A DNA stretch of 64,000 nt, taken from contig CM114271.1 in assembly GCA_050084515.1 (NCBI GenBank), positions 17,422,001 to 17,486,000 of the forward strand, given 5' to 3'. Source of the DNA: Blasia pusilla (Eukaryota). The notes under the pieces are model-generated. The model saw only the letters and a program-made list of their open reading frames with translations. It was not told the DNA's origin and ran no database searches. Below, piece by piece: positions 24,701-38,542 of the stretch; position 1 is the first letter of the stretch; each line of letters starts with the position of its first letter. The position numbers and the translations under genes were made by a program.

Positions 24701-26096
24701 TTAGATTGGTCTTGGAACCTGTTCTGCCGAACGAATCATTCATGGTTTAATGAAGGGGCTTTCCATGTCTTCTAGAATAGCAATAGAGTCAAAAAGTATC
24801 CACATGCCAGGAGGCAACCTTTCAATATTTGCGCAATCTGCAAGAAAGAAAAGTCGTATATTTTTTCTCAGGGACTTTATTCTGATGGCATCTTGCTGCG
24901 TAAAATTTTTTATTAGACTGCATGCGGTTTCTACTTTCTTTAAAAGTGTGTAGAAGTGATCCCTCGGCCATCTTTACATTGTTAGTATGCTATGGTATAA
25001 ATTGCTGTTACTTCTAGCTTCTGGTTGCAGGGTCCTGCTTTGGACTGGAAACGGATGGGGCTGAAAAGTGATATTGGAAATTTTTTGCACTCGTCTCTTT
25101 TTGCATGACAGGTTCAACTATACCTACTATGAGAAGAAACATGGTCCTATATACAAGTCAATTGAAGCTCTGGACCAAAATGGCATGAATATTATCGAGT
25201 CGGGGGACCCAAGAGCTTTCAGGGATTACCTCCATGAGTACGACAACACAATTTGCGGCCAACACCCAATTGGTGTATTTCTTAATGTAAGCACTTCCTT
25301 GGCAGTCTTCCCGGTTGATTTATGGATTCTCCGGTCAGTTTATAGCATCATCTGCTGTAGTGGTAGGTGCTATCCAAAAAGTAGTTCCCAACCTGTTCTC
25401 AACCGTCCACCTAGGTTTGAAGAAAATTGGTTTTGAAGAAAATTCATAGTTCTGCTTACACTCGAAGGTTCTCGCATGGGATGAAATTGCCAAGTGCTGG
25501 TCTGAAGTTGGCATGAGAAATCCTCACAGCTTATAATCAGGAGTTAAAATACACCTCTTAACTCTACTGTCGTCCACCAGCAGTATTCTGAATGGTCCAA
25601 CTCGGGGAGTTGCGTGGTTGAAGTTTTGACTGGAGTTGCTGATTTTTAGGTGTGGCCTCAGACGTGAAAGTTTCCAAAACTGGGGGATTCGCGTCTTTTT
25701 TTTCCTGAATTTTCATTCATTAACAGAGGCTACGTCATATGGTTTTATGATTCCTGCCAAAACCCTATAAAGTAGATGCCACATTTGTAAACTTTGCTGA
25801 ATTTTTTCTCTAGGTTTTCCTCGTCTTGCTATCAATACTAGATTCTGGCGAGAGTTTTCATCCCTCATTATGTGAGGCAGAGGTTGATGTTCAGTCTGTA
25901 ATGACCATCTTCCAACCGAGTGGTCAACTAAAGATCGGTACTAATGAGGAAGGTGTGCGTGATGCAGATGCTAGAACATTGTGAAAGTAGACTTCAAATC
26001 AAGTTCCTGCAATACGAGCAGTCTAGCCACTGCAAAAGTATGCGGGATAGCAGTGTTAGCTACGCATCAGCTGTAGCAACGGTTGAATCTAGCTAG
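21721..26096 (+). CDS. MEMO1: MEMO1 (AmmeMemoRadiSam protein B family), 8 exons
   Basis: Exons 21721-21766, 22515-22599, 22813-22881, 23144-23256, 24176-24287, 24507-24650, 25112-25286 and 25968-26096, all GT-AG and in frame. Motifs [59 protein letters not shown]...DSSVSYAS. Confidence 0.97.
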
Positions 26097-29000
26097 CCGT
26101 ATGCCGCATTGTTTCTAGACCGCCACCTAGTGCTGTCAAATGCCGGTCTTTGTGTGGAGCCTGAAGCCCAAGGCAAATGCTTGCTCGACAAATCACGAGA
26201 CATTCATGTAAATAAAAATTGTATAGCAGATTTTGGGTCATCCAGGAACACATAGGTTGGCAGCTTCCGACAAGACATTCCTATGATTCATATTTATTGA
26301 CAGCTTTGAAAGTTTCCAAAAATTTTCGTCCCATACAACTCATGCGTTCGGCCACAAAGAGTGCATTATGGTCTCGGAGTTATCGGCAGGAGCGTATGTA
26401 TAATCAATAAACCCTCACTTTTCTCTGAAAATACTGCTAATCACAATCTCGACACGATCAAAAGCAATTCCACGGAAAGGAAGTATAGTTTCCATCGTGT
26501 TGCGCATCACGACCATGGCTATTAACGGAGCACTCCACACCACCGTCCTCACAGGACGACGATTCCTACACACCAGGTCGACTCCATGCATCTCTCTTAT
26601 AAAGAGGCGCCTGGCGTTCTCTGCAGTCAGCCCAACCTTCACATATACCTCTCATGGTCAATTGTCGTCTCCACCCTGAGTATCTTCCACACTCATCCAC
26701 TTTTCATTTAGTCTTCCCACACCCATCTGTTCCGCATATGTGAAAAGGTGGAGAACGGGTGAGCTGTGGGTGAAAGTCATGTGTCACCCTAAACGCTCCC
26801 GTCTTCTTGCGCACGGATGGTGAAAGATGTAGACGACACATTTTGACCAGCGAGTTGCGGAGGACAGGAGCTGTGCGCACCAACTACCAATAAAACTTTG
26901 TGCATATCATTTCACACCTTTGCATAGTTGGATAAGTGACTAAACTTTGTACATGTAGTGTGTACAAGTAAGCGAGCTTGGTAAATTCCTTTATTCTTCG
27001 TGGAGGGCCACAAAATATGCTCCTATATAATGACAGAAGGGAGGGAAGAACTCCGATGGTCCCCCATGACCCTTTTCTGCATGTTTTGTTTTTTCTTTTC
27101 TTTTCTTTATTTTTCTACAGTAACAGAATGGAAGGAAGAACTCCACAAGATGAGGAATTACAATACGCCTTAAAACCTTATACTCGTGGGCAACGGCGTA
27201 TAAGAGTCATGTGGAAGCAGAGCGAGTGGGTAAAATTGTTAGATAAGAATATATGTTTATATAGTTTAAAATCTTTTGATTAAAGTAAAGAGGATTTCAA
27301 AACAAGTGGAGAAGATAATTCAAAAGATGGGGCTAACTACAAAGCGCTAAATAGACTCCTTAGTCTTCCTAACCAAAGTTATTCGAGAGAATGGATGTAC
27401 CGAGGAACTTCATAAGAATACATACAACACTTGGGCATGAGGTTTTTTGTCCACGTACTAGTTTAAAACTCAAAATCCCAAATCCCAACTTTTAGTGATT
27501 CATTTGAGTTTGAAACATGCTTCCAAACCCAAAAAGAAACTCTGATTTGTTATATTTTTATATTTTAAGAGGATTATAATATCCATCCGCCACCATTTAT
27601 CCTTTCTTTCAAGACAAGTACAAGAGTTTTGGAGACATCAAATGGGTAAAACTAAGAGGAAAAGAGGATACGAGGAGAAGCACTAAGAAACATGAATCGA
27701 GTGGGTGAGCACTATGAACCACTACAAGCCATATAGTAGGTGAGAGGAGGGTACTATCTTGGTGAATAAGGAAAGTAAGCATCTACAAAAACTTTTCATT
27801 TGAGTAGTTTATGTAGTAGTGTCCAATACTTCTTAGTGAAAGAGTGACCTCATTTACATCTTGGAAAGGGCACATTCATTTATATGCTATTAACAAAGGG
27901 TATCATCTTGATTTGTTCAACATTTGGAATGGTTACCATTATATCTTTACGCACATCCCTTTGAGAGAAATTTTATGAATGAGATTATTTTGGCACATGA
28001 AAAATAGAGCATGAGTTCTATCTTTTCTGAGATGGAACATAATGGCTTTAAGGAATCCATATATTGTACGGGAATTTAAAATACAAGGAAATGATTTAAT
28101 GGACGACAAAAAGAGCTTTACAAGAGAGAAAATCTTCAAATGGAGCCAAAACATAGATGACTTTTGAAAAAATAGTGGCACACAATTGTCTATTTTCTTA
28201 ATGATACCAATTTGAAGCTTCTATGTGATGAACAAAGACAGAAATTTGATCAAATGGGAAAATCTATACACCACCAAACGGAGGTGAAACAATTCCCAAG
28301 GAAAAGAGAATTGAAAAAAAACGAATTGTGGAAACCAAGCCCAAATAGAACTTGGCACTTGGGGAGACTTGGACCCAATAAACACAAGGTAACTTCTTGA
28401 ATACCAATGGAACGCACATCTGATTGGATCTTTAAGACTTAACGCAAAACTTCGGCTTGCAAAGATCAAAGACAGAAGTGATTTGGGATAATGCAAGGAG
28501 GAGTAGAGCTTGAACTCTACAACACTATCCTACATCATTTATTCATCGCTAGTTGTGGCAATAATCCAATAGTGATCCCATGGGGTGATGGTGGGATTTT
28601 TGGTTTAGATTTCATATACGGTGTTGTACAAGTGGACACGGGCACCATTGTGACCCCTAGAGTTGTCCTGTTGGTCAAAACCAAGAGCATGTTCTTGTTG
28701 GTGTGGTATATCAGCTAGAGCATGTGCTCTAGGTCAGTGAGGACATGAGGAAGTTGAGGACAATATTGGTCAATGAGGACATGTTTTGCAAGTTGCATTT
28801 TTTGGCATGACACTATATATGGGCCAATGGTGGGTCCAAGTGAGTTGTTGCAACATAGTGTGGAGTGGTATATCCACCATCCATAGGGTGAGGCCTTCAT
28901 GGAGAGGAATGACAAAGGTTTCGTAGGGACATTGACATTGGTGTTCTTTGATGTGTTGGAATGTCTAGTGGATATTCAAGAGGTTCATATGGGCGCGTTA

Positions 29001-29249
29001 GCAGTGTTGCCACTAGATACACAAGCGTTATGGTCAATTGATATGGAGGGACATAAGACATTGGATTCATTGCTGTGGTGTATTGTTATGACATTGAGTG
29101 TTGGAAGTGTATGGTTCTAAACAAGCATTTTTTGTTGACGTTCGATGGTTGGAGGTGCACAATCTAGGTGAATGTGTGTTTACAATGGTGTTGTGTTGGT
29201 GGTTTGAAAGGGTGGTATATGGCTTGAAATATACCGCTCTTCGATAACA

Positions 29250-29860
29250 CTAAATAAGAATTGAGCCATTCCCACCCTCAATGTGAGGGAATCTAGGTCT
29301 GTAGAATGCCGAGAGGACCTTGCTCTAACCTATGCTCGAAAGGCTCAACTATGGAAATATGAGCCTCTCCAAGCCTCCCTTTGGAGTATAGCCCTCTCAA
29401 GGCCCCCAAGGCTCCAAGAGCATTACATGTGCACATAAGTCATCTCAACTTGGTTGGGAGGCTCTTTCCTAATCGAGAAGCTCCAAGAAAGTCCCAAGAA
29501 ACCCCAAAGGATGACATGTGCATACATGTACCAAAAGAAAGGCCGGTAGGTCACTCTTGGCCTCTCCACATCTAACTACACACATAGCCCGCCTATCAAG
29601 ACCTACTACATACTCTTACTAGACTGCATTTACCATGATAGTAGTTGTGTGCAAACACATCGTTGTCACGTACACGTAAACATAACACATATCAAAAACA
29701 CATCACGACCATATGTACACCCGGCCATCACACAAAGAGGCTACACAACCCTTCCCCCCCTTGCTAGTGGTTAGGTCCTTCAACGAGTCCAACCCCATAT
29801 AGTCAACTATTTTGTCTAAAGTAACATGCACTTTTTCGGTACTAAGATCAAGGGGATCTC
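29250..29860 (-). mobile_element. 3' remnant of a second element of the DNMT/PHD gypsy lineage (3' UTR, purine tract, extra LTR-end copy, partial LTR)
   Basis: Reverse complement is similar to 16100-16330: TGATCTTAG..CGAAAA.GTGCAT, TTTAGAC, CTATATGG, AACCACTAGCAAGGGGGGGAAGGG, TGACAACGATGT, then the AC|TATCATGGTA junction at 29631-29642. Left boundary is approximate. Confidence 0.75.
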
Positions 29861-31666
29861 GAACGGGATGAGTGCTCGCCCCCTAGGATCTTAATTATGG
29901 AAGGATTTTAGATCATCAAAATTAAATGGAGGAAGTAATAAAGTTAAGTTGGGTATGTCCAAATTTCTCCCAAATCGTAAACATGTGGCTAAGTGTGGGA
30001 TGCAGTATGTAACATAAACATATGTATGATTGGGGCGGTAAATTTTTTGCAATTAAAATTAAAAAAAAAGTAAATCCTATGATTATTTGCACTAATGCCT
30101 AACATGTTAAACACCATATTTTGACAAGTTTACTAAGAATGCAAATTTTAACCTCCACATTTGCAATCATTGGAGAGATCCAAGGAGAAAAAAATTTTTA
30201 TTTTGGAAATTCCTTACCTTAAAAAACCCACCATAAAATTTTTCAAATAAGATTTATGTCTTTGAAAATTCCTTATCAAATTAAAAACAATATATTAAAA
30301 AATAACCATCCGTTAAGTTTTCAAATCAAATTGTCGATCGCCATAAATATTTTTTCCAATTACTATCTTACCATGCACATCCATGATGAATATATTGTCA
30401 AAAAAAGTGTCACTTGCTGGCATTTCATGTTTGCGTATTTTCATTACTAATCTTCCTCTCCATGCCCCCCACCCAATGCATGCAAATAAATCAAATAATT
30501 AATTGAATTTAATAATCATTCATGCTAGAGATTACTTCGTATATAGATATATGTCCATATTTTCTTTTGGAAGAGTTTGAAAGTACTTATGGATAGACTC
30601 CATTGACGAAAGCACATAGGTATGATGAATAGTTGAGAATTCCTTAACCCTAAATTTGGCAAGGTGGGAAGGTTTAGGCTTAGTCCATCTCATGAATGCC
30701 CTTCCTATTTAAAGGAAGCATCGATATAATAATTGGCGACCACATATGCATACTAAGACAAGATAGTGGAACAATAAGACAAAATAGGCAACATCCTTGA
30801 ATTTTGTTGCTTGGCATTTAGACGGGTAGAAGAAATAGAACAAACGGAAAGAAGGAAACGAATAGGGATTTGAGTAGAATATATAATAATAAATTAATTT
30901 AATATTATAATGGGTGATTATAAATATTAATAAAATATGATAAATATGAAAGATAACCAAATTTTAGAGTTTTTACCTCAATTCATATTTGATGGAAAAA
31001 GGAAATTAAAATTTTAACGGAGGAGTAGATTGTTGTTAAAATTTTTACACAAAGATAAAATTACTTAATGTATTGGGATATCATTTAAATTTGAATGGAG
31101 TATTTTAATTATTAAGAACAGTGAAATGTTATTACTCTTCGAAGATTTTAGAAAATATAAATCATATTTGAAATTTGAAATAAATAGCATGATTATTTCC
31201 GGAAATAATTTTATTAATTCACATGTGATATTCTGGGAAAGGAAAATGAATCTGAATTGAAAGGGAAAATGATTTCGTTAATTAAAATTAGCCAAGATTT
31301 TTGTTAGTGAATGTTATTTTGGTAGGAAGAATGGAAGAGGAAGAATAGTTATTGTTTGAGCTTTTATGGATTAGTGAAATTATTTGAAGGGAGATGGGTG
31401 TTATTTAAAGATGAAATTTTCTTATTCTTTTAAGATTTTAAAAAGTGGAAATTGAACTTAAAATTTTAAATTTTTAACAGAATTTAAAAAAATATTATTA
31501 CTGTTTTTAAAAACCCTATTGATATGTGATAATTGGACAAGAAAAACATATTTAACATGGTATTGGTCAGAATTTTTTTTTAAAAATTAAACATCATTAA
31601 TCCCATTATTAAAAAAAACTTTTCAAATATTTTTATTTTCCGTATATCACACGGATACCTTATTAA

Positions 31667-33478
31667 GAGAAAAAAAAAAGATGCACTTCGATAGAAACGA
31701 GTGATGGAAAACCCATCGGAAGTACAAAAGAGTCAAAACGTGAAGGCCACAACAAGACCAGAAAAGGAAGAAGGGGGGATTCCCCCCCCTAACGACAAAA
31801 CTCACCAACAGCAGAGACAATATCAGCAACAACAAGAGAGCTATGACTACTACTAAGTGGGGCTCTAGCGCCGGTGTCTCCCACAGCCTGAGCCCGCCGC
31901 AAAAGCCCATTAGCCTGGGCACGCTGCAACGCTATGGAGACCCGCTGCCTACAATAGAGAATCGCAGTAGCTAATGGGACGACCCATTTCTCGAGTGGAG
32001 ATGATGGCGCGATCCGTGAACGAAGTCGAACCTCTCCCCCATAGCCCCATACATCTCTATGGCTAGGGGATGAAGATGTGCCCTCGTGAAGTCGATTGTA
32101 GATATGTATCTTCTTCACCGCCGCCGCCGCCGCTCTTGTAGCATTCGCCCTTGGGCCACCACTTGAGCTCGACCTTGCCCCCGCGTGAGAGGATCTGTGA
32201 CTACCATGTCCGCCACCACCACCTCAGCCTCTCGTGTCATGTAGAGATCAAGACGAATAAGGGAATCTGCATGGAGTAGTGCCTCTCTCTCGCACATGGC
32301 GACCACTCTCCCGAGCAATCATCGAACATGATATCCCGACCTTTGCATCGTGAGTGGCTATCCTCTCACCCCTAAAGACGGACAGCGTGCCAAATGCACA
32401 CCAAGTGAATCCAGGCTCGCGACACTCGCGGTGTGTCGAACCAACCACCGATGGTTGGGGAGGCCCAAGCGGAACCGCATCATCGCCGTGTGGTATAGGT
32501 AAGTGGTGCGACACGGAAAGCTGGAGAAGGGGGCGCCCTACCCATGAGCTGCCCCTTTCCGAGCAAGAGCGAATACGGGCCCTAACCTCCATGGGGATAT
32601 TCCCGTCAGACATAGTGCCTCTAAAAACTGCCTCAAAGTGGGCTTCCATCAAGGAAGATTGGAGCCCAGACTCACTGGAGGTAACTAAGGAGGAGAAAGT
32701 GGGGAGAACGGCTCTAGCCTCAACTCGAAGGGAATCTCTACAAGCTGTGAGTGAAGACTGAAGTGGGAAAGAGCCATCCTCAACCTGGGAGACGTAGTGT
32801 AGAAGGAGCGGTCTATCTCTAACCAAAAATCTGGAGCAAAGGAGGGGTGCCACTGTGGTCCAACTCCCTAAAAAAGCGGAGGGCGCCACTAACTCGGTCG
32901 AGAGAAGACCTACTCCACCAAAGGAAATCGGCCAAGAGGCCTGTCTACAAGCTAACTCCCCCATAGGGCACTCTAAGGAGCCGGGTCCTAGAAGATCCCC
33001 AAACACCTGCATGAGCTTCCTATCAAAGGATCTATATAGGGAAGAAAGGTGACTAGATGTCCACACCGTTCTAGTGAGGTAACAAGATCTATGAGCAAAA
33101 CAAGAAGAAAGAATGCCGAAGGCGACTTGAGGGTCACCAATCCTCGTAAGATCATCAACGTGGAGAAGATCCTCGGTTAGAGCCGCTGCCACGAAACTCG
33201 ATACAAAGTCCTGGCTCCTGAGCGAGACTCCCAAGACTCGAAGCCCTCCTACAGGTCGCAAGAAGCCGTCGGGTAAATGTAGATCATCACGTAGGCCTGA
33301 TGGAGACCAAGCTTTGCACTTCCCCACCTTCACCGCCAGGCCGACACGTGCCAACTGTGCTGAAAAGTGCTCGAATGCAGGGACAACCAGATCTCCAGGA
33401 CCAACAATATGAGTATCATCTGCCAGCGAAGGGAACATGCAACCCAGAAAAGCCTCCACCATAGATAATATGATAAAT
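31667..33478 (-). mobile_element. 5'-truncated non-LTR retrotransposon, CRE-like (RT + CCHC zinc finger + restriction-like endonuclease)
   Basis: RT: SLADDTHIVG, KCKAWSP, LRVLG. Then LDSLGVHLARC (second frame), GERIATHD, RLD...VADMVVTDP and RQRVSIALQRAQA. 13-bp TSD GATACCTTATTAA at 31654-31666 and 33479-33491. GC-rich island in AT-rich flanks. Confidence 0.85.
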
Positions 33479-36315
33479 GATACCTTATTAATATGATAAA
33501 AGAATCTATGTCGTGCTCTTGATCCACTAGAATCTCATATTTCAAACGTTACAACAAAAGATCTAGAAAATTCATATTTGAGAATAGTGGTATCCCAAAA
33601 TAGCTATATAAAATGGTCACCGAAATCATTTCGTTTCTATCAAATCAAACGAAATGGGATATTTTGATTATTTGATGAGCTACTTTGCATAAAAAAAAAT
33701 TCCATATTTACAAAAGTAAATAAATTTGGAGACATAAACGCGAAATTATTTCAATTGGGCTATCATTCTTTTGGCACGGCAGTCTAAGCTATTAAAAGTG
33801 CCGTATCATAAAAAGTTAAAAATAGTGTACGACTATCATGCATTTAATATTTCTTCCAATTTAAAATTTTCCGTTTCCAAGGTCGAATTTTTTTCTTCAC
33901 CTCGTGAGTCGGAATTTTGTATGAATTCTTTCATATTTGACAAGTGAGAAAAACAAGTTTATTTATTTAGCTTTTTGCTTTAGCTCGTAGTGTATAATAA
34001 TAGGACCTATGGTGAAAATTCTTACCAATAGGGTTAACAATAGGGTTTTGCATCGCCCATAGTCATTTTTAACTTGTAACGTTCATATGGAGCGCAAGTC
34101 GAATATTCTTTCTCTTGGGTTTGCCATAGCCAAATTTAAATTGCACTCGAGGTTCACCTTCTTCCCAATTTTCCTTCCGGGCATGACTATTTGCTCATCC
34201 CTCGTGTAAATGATATGGGATCTTCTTTGAGCACCAGCATGATGCTTTAGACGTGCTTAGCACATCTTTGAATGAGTGAGACTTTCTTGAGAAAAGGTTT
34301 GTGGATGGACTCTCAATAATTTTTCATGTAGTGTCACTAAAGATTTATTATAGATCCATCAAAGGACATCTCCAACTTCATGGCCGAAGAGCGCTTATTT
34401 CGATTGGAGGATTTCTTTTTTCAGCACCTTCGATTTTTAAGATTAAGTGTCTAGCTCTAACCCGGCTTATTTCTTGCTTACTAAGCCAGCTATTAAGATG
34501 AAATTGCAAGTTGCGCTATTTCAAAATAAACATTCTTTTCATTTTCACTATTTATGTGCCCTCGTCAATCTCTTAACGATTTTTTCAATCCCTTCACTCC
34601 CTACCATCTTCGGTGTCCACTTAGTTTTGCTCTTCCATCATCACACTTCCTTACATCCACTTTCTGTTTGGTCTTCAGCCCTCACATTTCCATGCATATC
34701 CTAAGATTTCACTCTTCGTTTAAGAGAGAGCATGTAAGATGAAGTGCTTATCTTAGGACGATGTGAGATGCAATGCTTAGCTTGAGATTAATTAAGTTGC
34801 ATGCTTGTAAGATGTAATGCTCAGCTTAAGATTCTGTGTTTTCCTTCTTCTTCTTTTACTCACGGATGAGGACAAAACTGCCCCATGTAGAAATTTACTC
34901 TATGGAAATTTATTTATTATTTCGTATTCCTCATCAAAACGTAAGCTTGGGAGGTTGTCAAAGCTACTAGAGCTTGGGTGACCCACTTCACCAAATTTTT
35001 TAAAAGATGGTTTTCCCCGAATTGAGAGCTTTTCCAGCTCATACCCACACCCTTTCACACGTGATATATGCCATTGGAAAGCCTAAATTTTTTTTGTCAA
35101 GATATGTCACTTTTTCTTCCATTGTCTTTCGTACTTGAGTTTTTTAAAGATGATTAACTTAAGCCAAAGCACTTGTACGTGGCCATAGTTGATATTGCTT
35201 TTCTCAAGTTGGATGCTGGACTTTGCTACGTTTGCTTACTTTTAACTTGGACGGCCAATGAGCCAACCCCTCATATATGGTACACACTTTGTCATGGGAA
35301 AAAATACACATGGCGGAGTTTTAGCGATTTTGGATAATCAAAAGGATGCCTGCAAAACAGGGTGGAGTGTTTCTGAACTCGAAGTGAGTGTGGAGGTTTG
35401 AATGGTGTGGATGCAAAAGACATGAATATGTTATTGTAGTTCTAAGATTTTCTTATAAACTCTTAGATAAGGCTACGTGAAGAAGCCAATAAAACTGCTT
35501 TCACTCATTTGGAGGAAATGGGATACTAACGAAGGTGGCCCATTTCCCTATCCTTGGAATCTCCAAAGGTGTATTTGAGTCTCCAAACTAGGGCATATTC
35601 TAGGCCTTAAACTAACAACAAAGCATTTTAGTAGTCAAATGGAAATGTTAAAAAACCAAACCAAAGAGTTCAGATATTATGTAACAACACAAATTATTAA
35701 GAAAGTTGGTTTAATAGCATGTGCTATATAGTTATTACATTTGAAAATTTCACTGAAGTAATTTTCTTGGAAAAAGTGAAATGAATTTTTTTTTCTAGTT
35801 TCCACTCATAAAATTTGACCAAACATTAAAACATAGGTAATTTTAATAATAAAATTAAATAATTATTTTCACATTTGGAAAAAAGATAAGTGGCCTAAAT
35901 AGATTTTTTATATTCCTTGTTTCCGAACACAAATAATCATGTAGATCTCCCTTTGTTCTTGCAAATGTACTTTGAAAAAGTGGAGCAAAAAAGTGGAGCA
36001 AGCTACGCGCAAGCTATAGGGTGCTTTATTCTTCTCCATCATACTTTATAGTGTTTCTCTTCCTCCAAAGATTGGGCATATGTCGAGGTACGTGTAGGGT
36101 TCTTCAAGAAATCACGAGCAATCTTATCACTAGGTTATTAACTTATCAAGCCATATGTGCACAAGCTGAAGTTTCAAGTAAAAAATTTGCACATCAAAGG
36201 TGGTGAATGTCTATAACAAGGTTCAAAGTTTGCATGTCGTATTTGAAATTGGGCTAAAATTTCCACCCGAAGAATTTATATGGATATGTTTAGGTAAAAT
36301 CTGCGTCTCAAGTAA

Positions 36316-36516
36316 TCTATACTATTAATTTGAGGAGCGTCTCTCAAATGGACACAACTTGAGCGTGCACCACGTGTCTTTTTAAGCTCAAGAATGTATG
36401 ACATATGGCATCTATGTCAATCATATAAATTAAGTTTTTAATAGTTTCTTTTAGAGATCAGACGTTTAGGGTTGCAAAAATCATGCATCGTATGGTCCCT
36501 CACGGGTCCTAACTAG
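36316..36516 (+). mobile_element. Non-autonomous mini-Helitron (~200 bp)
   Basis: A|TCTATACTATTAATTTGAGGAG start, ...CACGGGTCCTAACTAG|T end, inserted in an AT dinucleotide. Confidence 0.7.
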
Positions 36517-36839
36517 TCAAGAGATAAGTGCAACCATCTTCTTTTTGTTTAAGAGTATTTGAATGGTTAGGCCCCTAGAATCAAGCAATTTGGAGATTTC
36601 TAGACATAGTAGCCATTAATAGTATAAATTTGATTTTTCTTCTCGGATTTGGTCTTACTATTGATAAAAAAAATCATACTCTCATTTGTGTTAGCCTCTC
36701 CTTGCCTATCGTGTGTTATGCCCGTGACACTTGAATTTGTTGTTATATTATCCTAGACTAAGCTTCGAGGAAAATGGAAAAAGAGAGATATAGATTTAAT
36801 GATCAAGTAAAAAATCTTATGTTAATATTACTTTTAGAT

Positions 36840-37260
36840 TTTTTATCAAACATCTTTCCCAATGAAATATTCTAGAGTCTACTTTATTTTTGTTATTTTT
36901 TCTCATTTGAAAATTTAAAATTCTTTTTTCAAAGTTCATGCCAAAGAAATTATGAAAAAAATAATCTAGAGTTTATTTTTGAAGGAAGTTTTCCTTTCGG
37001 GAAAAATGAAAAGGATAGTAGAAAATTGATGGGAAAATGGAGGAAAAATTCATCAAAATGAATGATTTTCTTTTACTTACTGAAAGAAGGGGATTGGAAA
37101 AGGGATAACTTATTTTTTCCACAATTGATAAAAGAAAATATACTAAAATTTGTCTTGATCCAAGTTCCATGTATTAAAAAAACTATATTTCTTATTTTTT
37201 CTTCTTTTTAAAGATGAAACTTTACTCATCATGTATCCTCCTATAATCTCAAAAAATTAG
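36840..37260 (+). repeat. AT-rich dispersed repeat homologous to 49260-49740
   Basis: Shared blocks CTCATTTGAAAATTTAAAAT, TTTTCAA.GTTCATGC, GGGAAAAATGAAAAGGA, AAAAATTCATCAAAA and TTGTCTTGA.CCAA in the same order. Confidence 0.7.
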
Positions 37261-38542
37261 TAGTATTCAACATCTTGTGTTAATTTCTTGCATGTCAAAC
37301 TCTAAAATAATTGATATACGTTTCAAAAACGTTTTTTACATTAATACGAAATGGAAATATGGAAATTTTTTCATATCGCACTATCTAAAATAATTTATAA
37401 AAACAGCCAGCCATTTCTTAAAAAACACATGAACACTTTTCGCCTTTAAAGCAGTTTAGAATTAGCACTCACACGTGTCCTCCGGGCAGGCACAAAATAA
37501 TTCGAGTGTATACTCTACTACACCCTCTGCTAAATCGGGAAAACGGATGAAACGAAACGACTGGCGCAGGGTTGCGAAGGAAATCGCGAAGGCGGAGGAG
37601 GCGGTGCCGTTCGCAGGAAGGAAAGTCGCGAAGATTCAGAAGAAGGCTGGATGGTGTCGCGGGCCAAAAGCATACAGCTTAAGGGCCGCACCAGGCGTCC
37701 TCCCTCAGGGTCCCTTCGATCTCTCGTCCCTCCCGACAGGCGGACCCGTCCTTCCGCGCGCCCGCGCGCCCGCTGGTTGGCTGGCTTACTTCGCACTTGG
37801 CAGGAGACAGCAGAGCACATGGGGGGGATTGATTGATTGCTCGTTCGTTTGCTTGCGGACACAGCGTCCCATGCGGTGATCGCAAAAGAAAAAGCCGATC
37901 CATTGTGTGCAGTGCGAGCGGGTGGTGGTGTAGTTGTAGTGGTAGTAAAAGCAGTAGCAGCTGCCTTTTTTATTTCGTCCGAAAAGGGAGCGGAGATAAA
38001 TCCGGTTCTTCGTGGACGCAGCGATACGCGGCACAGAAGGTGCACGTTTGACGCAGGAGGAAACCCGGCATTGAAGGATACCGATTGGCGTGTGCGAGGG
38101 TTGCTTGCATGCATGGTGGACGAAGAAGCTTGATGAGTCGAGCAGCAAGATGATATGCGAAGAAGGGTGTAAGAGTCACTGGCCGGGAGTGGGAAGGGGG
38201 GAAACGACATATTCAAATTGACAGGTTTCGGGTGTGTTGGTGAACGGGTCGTTACAGTGCATCGGCTGGCGGAGGAAGGAAAGAGTCGATTGATCTGTTA
38301 AGGACTGATCGATTGATCGCGTCGTAGAGTGTTGCGTAAGCTGCCAGGGGAAGATGTCGGTTGGAGATTGCTGTGGTGCCAAAGAAGCTTTAGGTTTTGT
38401 CGTCTTCGGATTGAATGTTTCTGTGTATAGTTGATGAAGCCAATGTGCCTTTTCGTTGGAGTGCCAATAATTCTCGTGGGAAGTTTGGACTGGTCTTGCC
38501 TCCGTGTTCGAGGGGGTAACATTTCTTGCAAGAAAATCGTAG

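Noticed and set aside
27880-29230. Possible LINE or other TE coding remnants
   Set aside because: No motif I can identify with confidence.
37475-38216. Overlapping ORFs of up to 228 aa upstream of the EH gene
   Set aside because: GC-rich promoter/5' leader with ORFs in several frames and no recognisable domain; likely chance ORFs.
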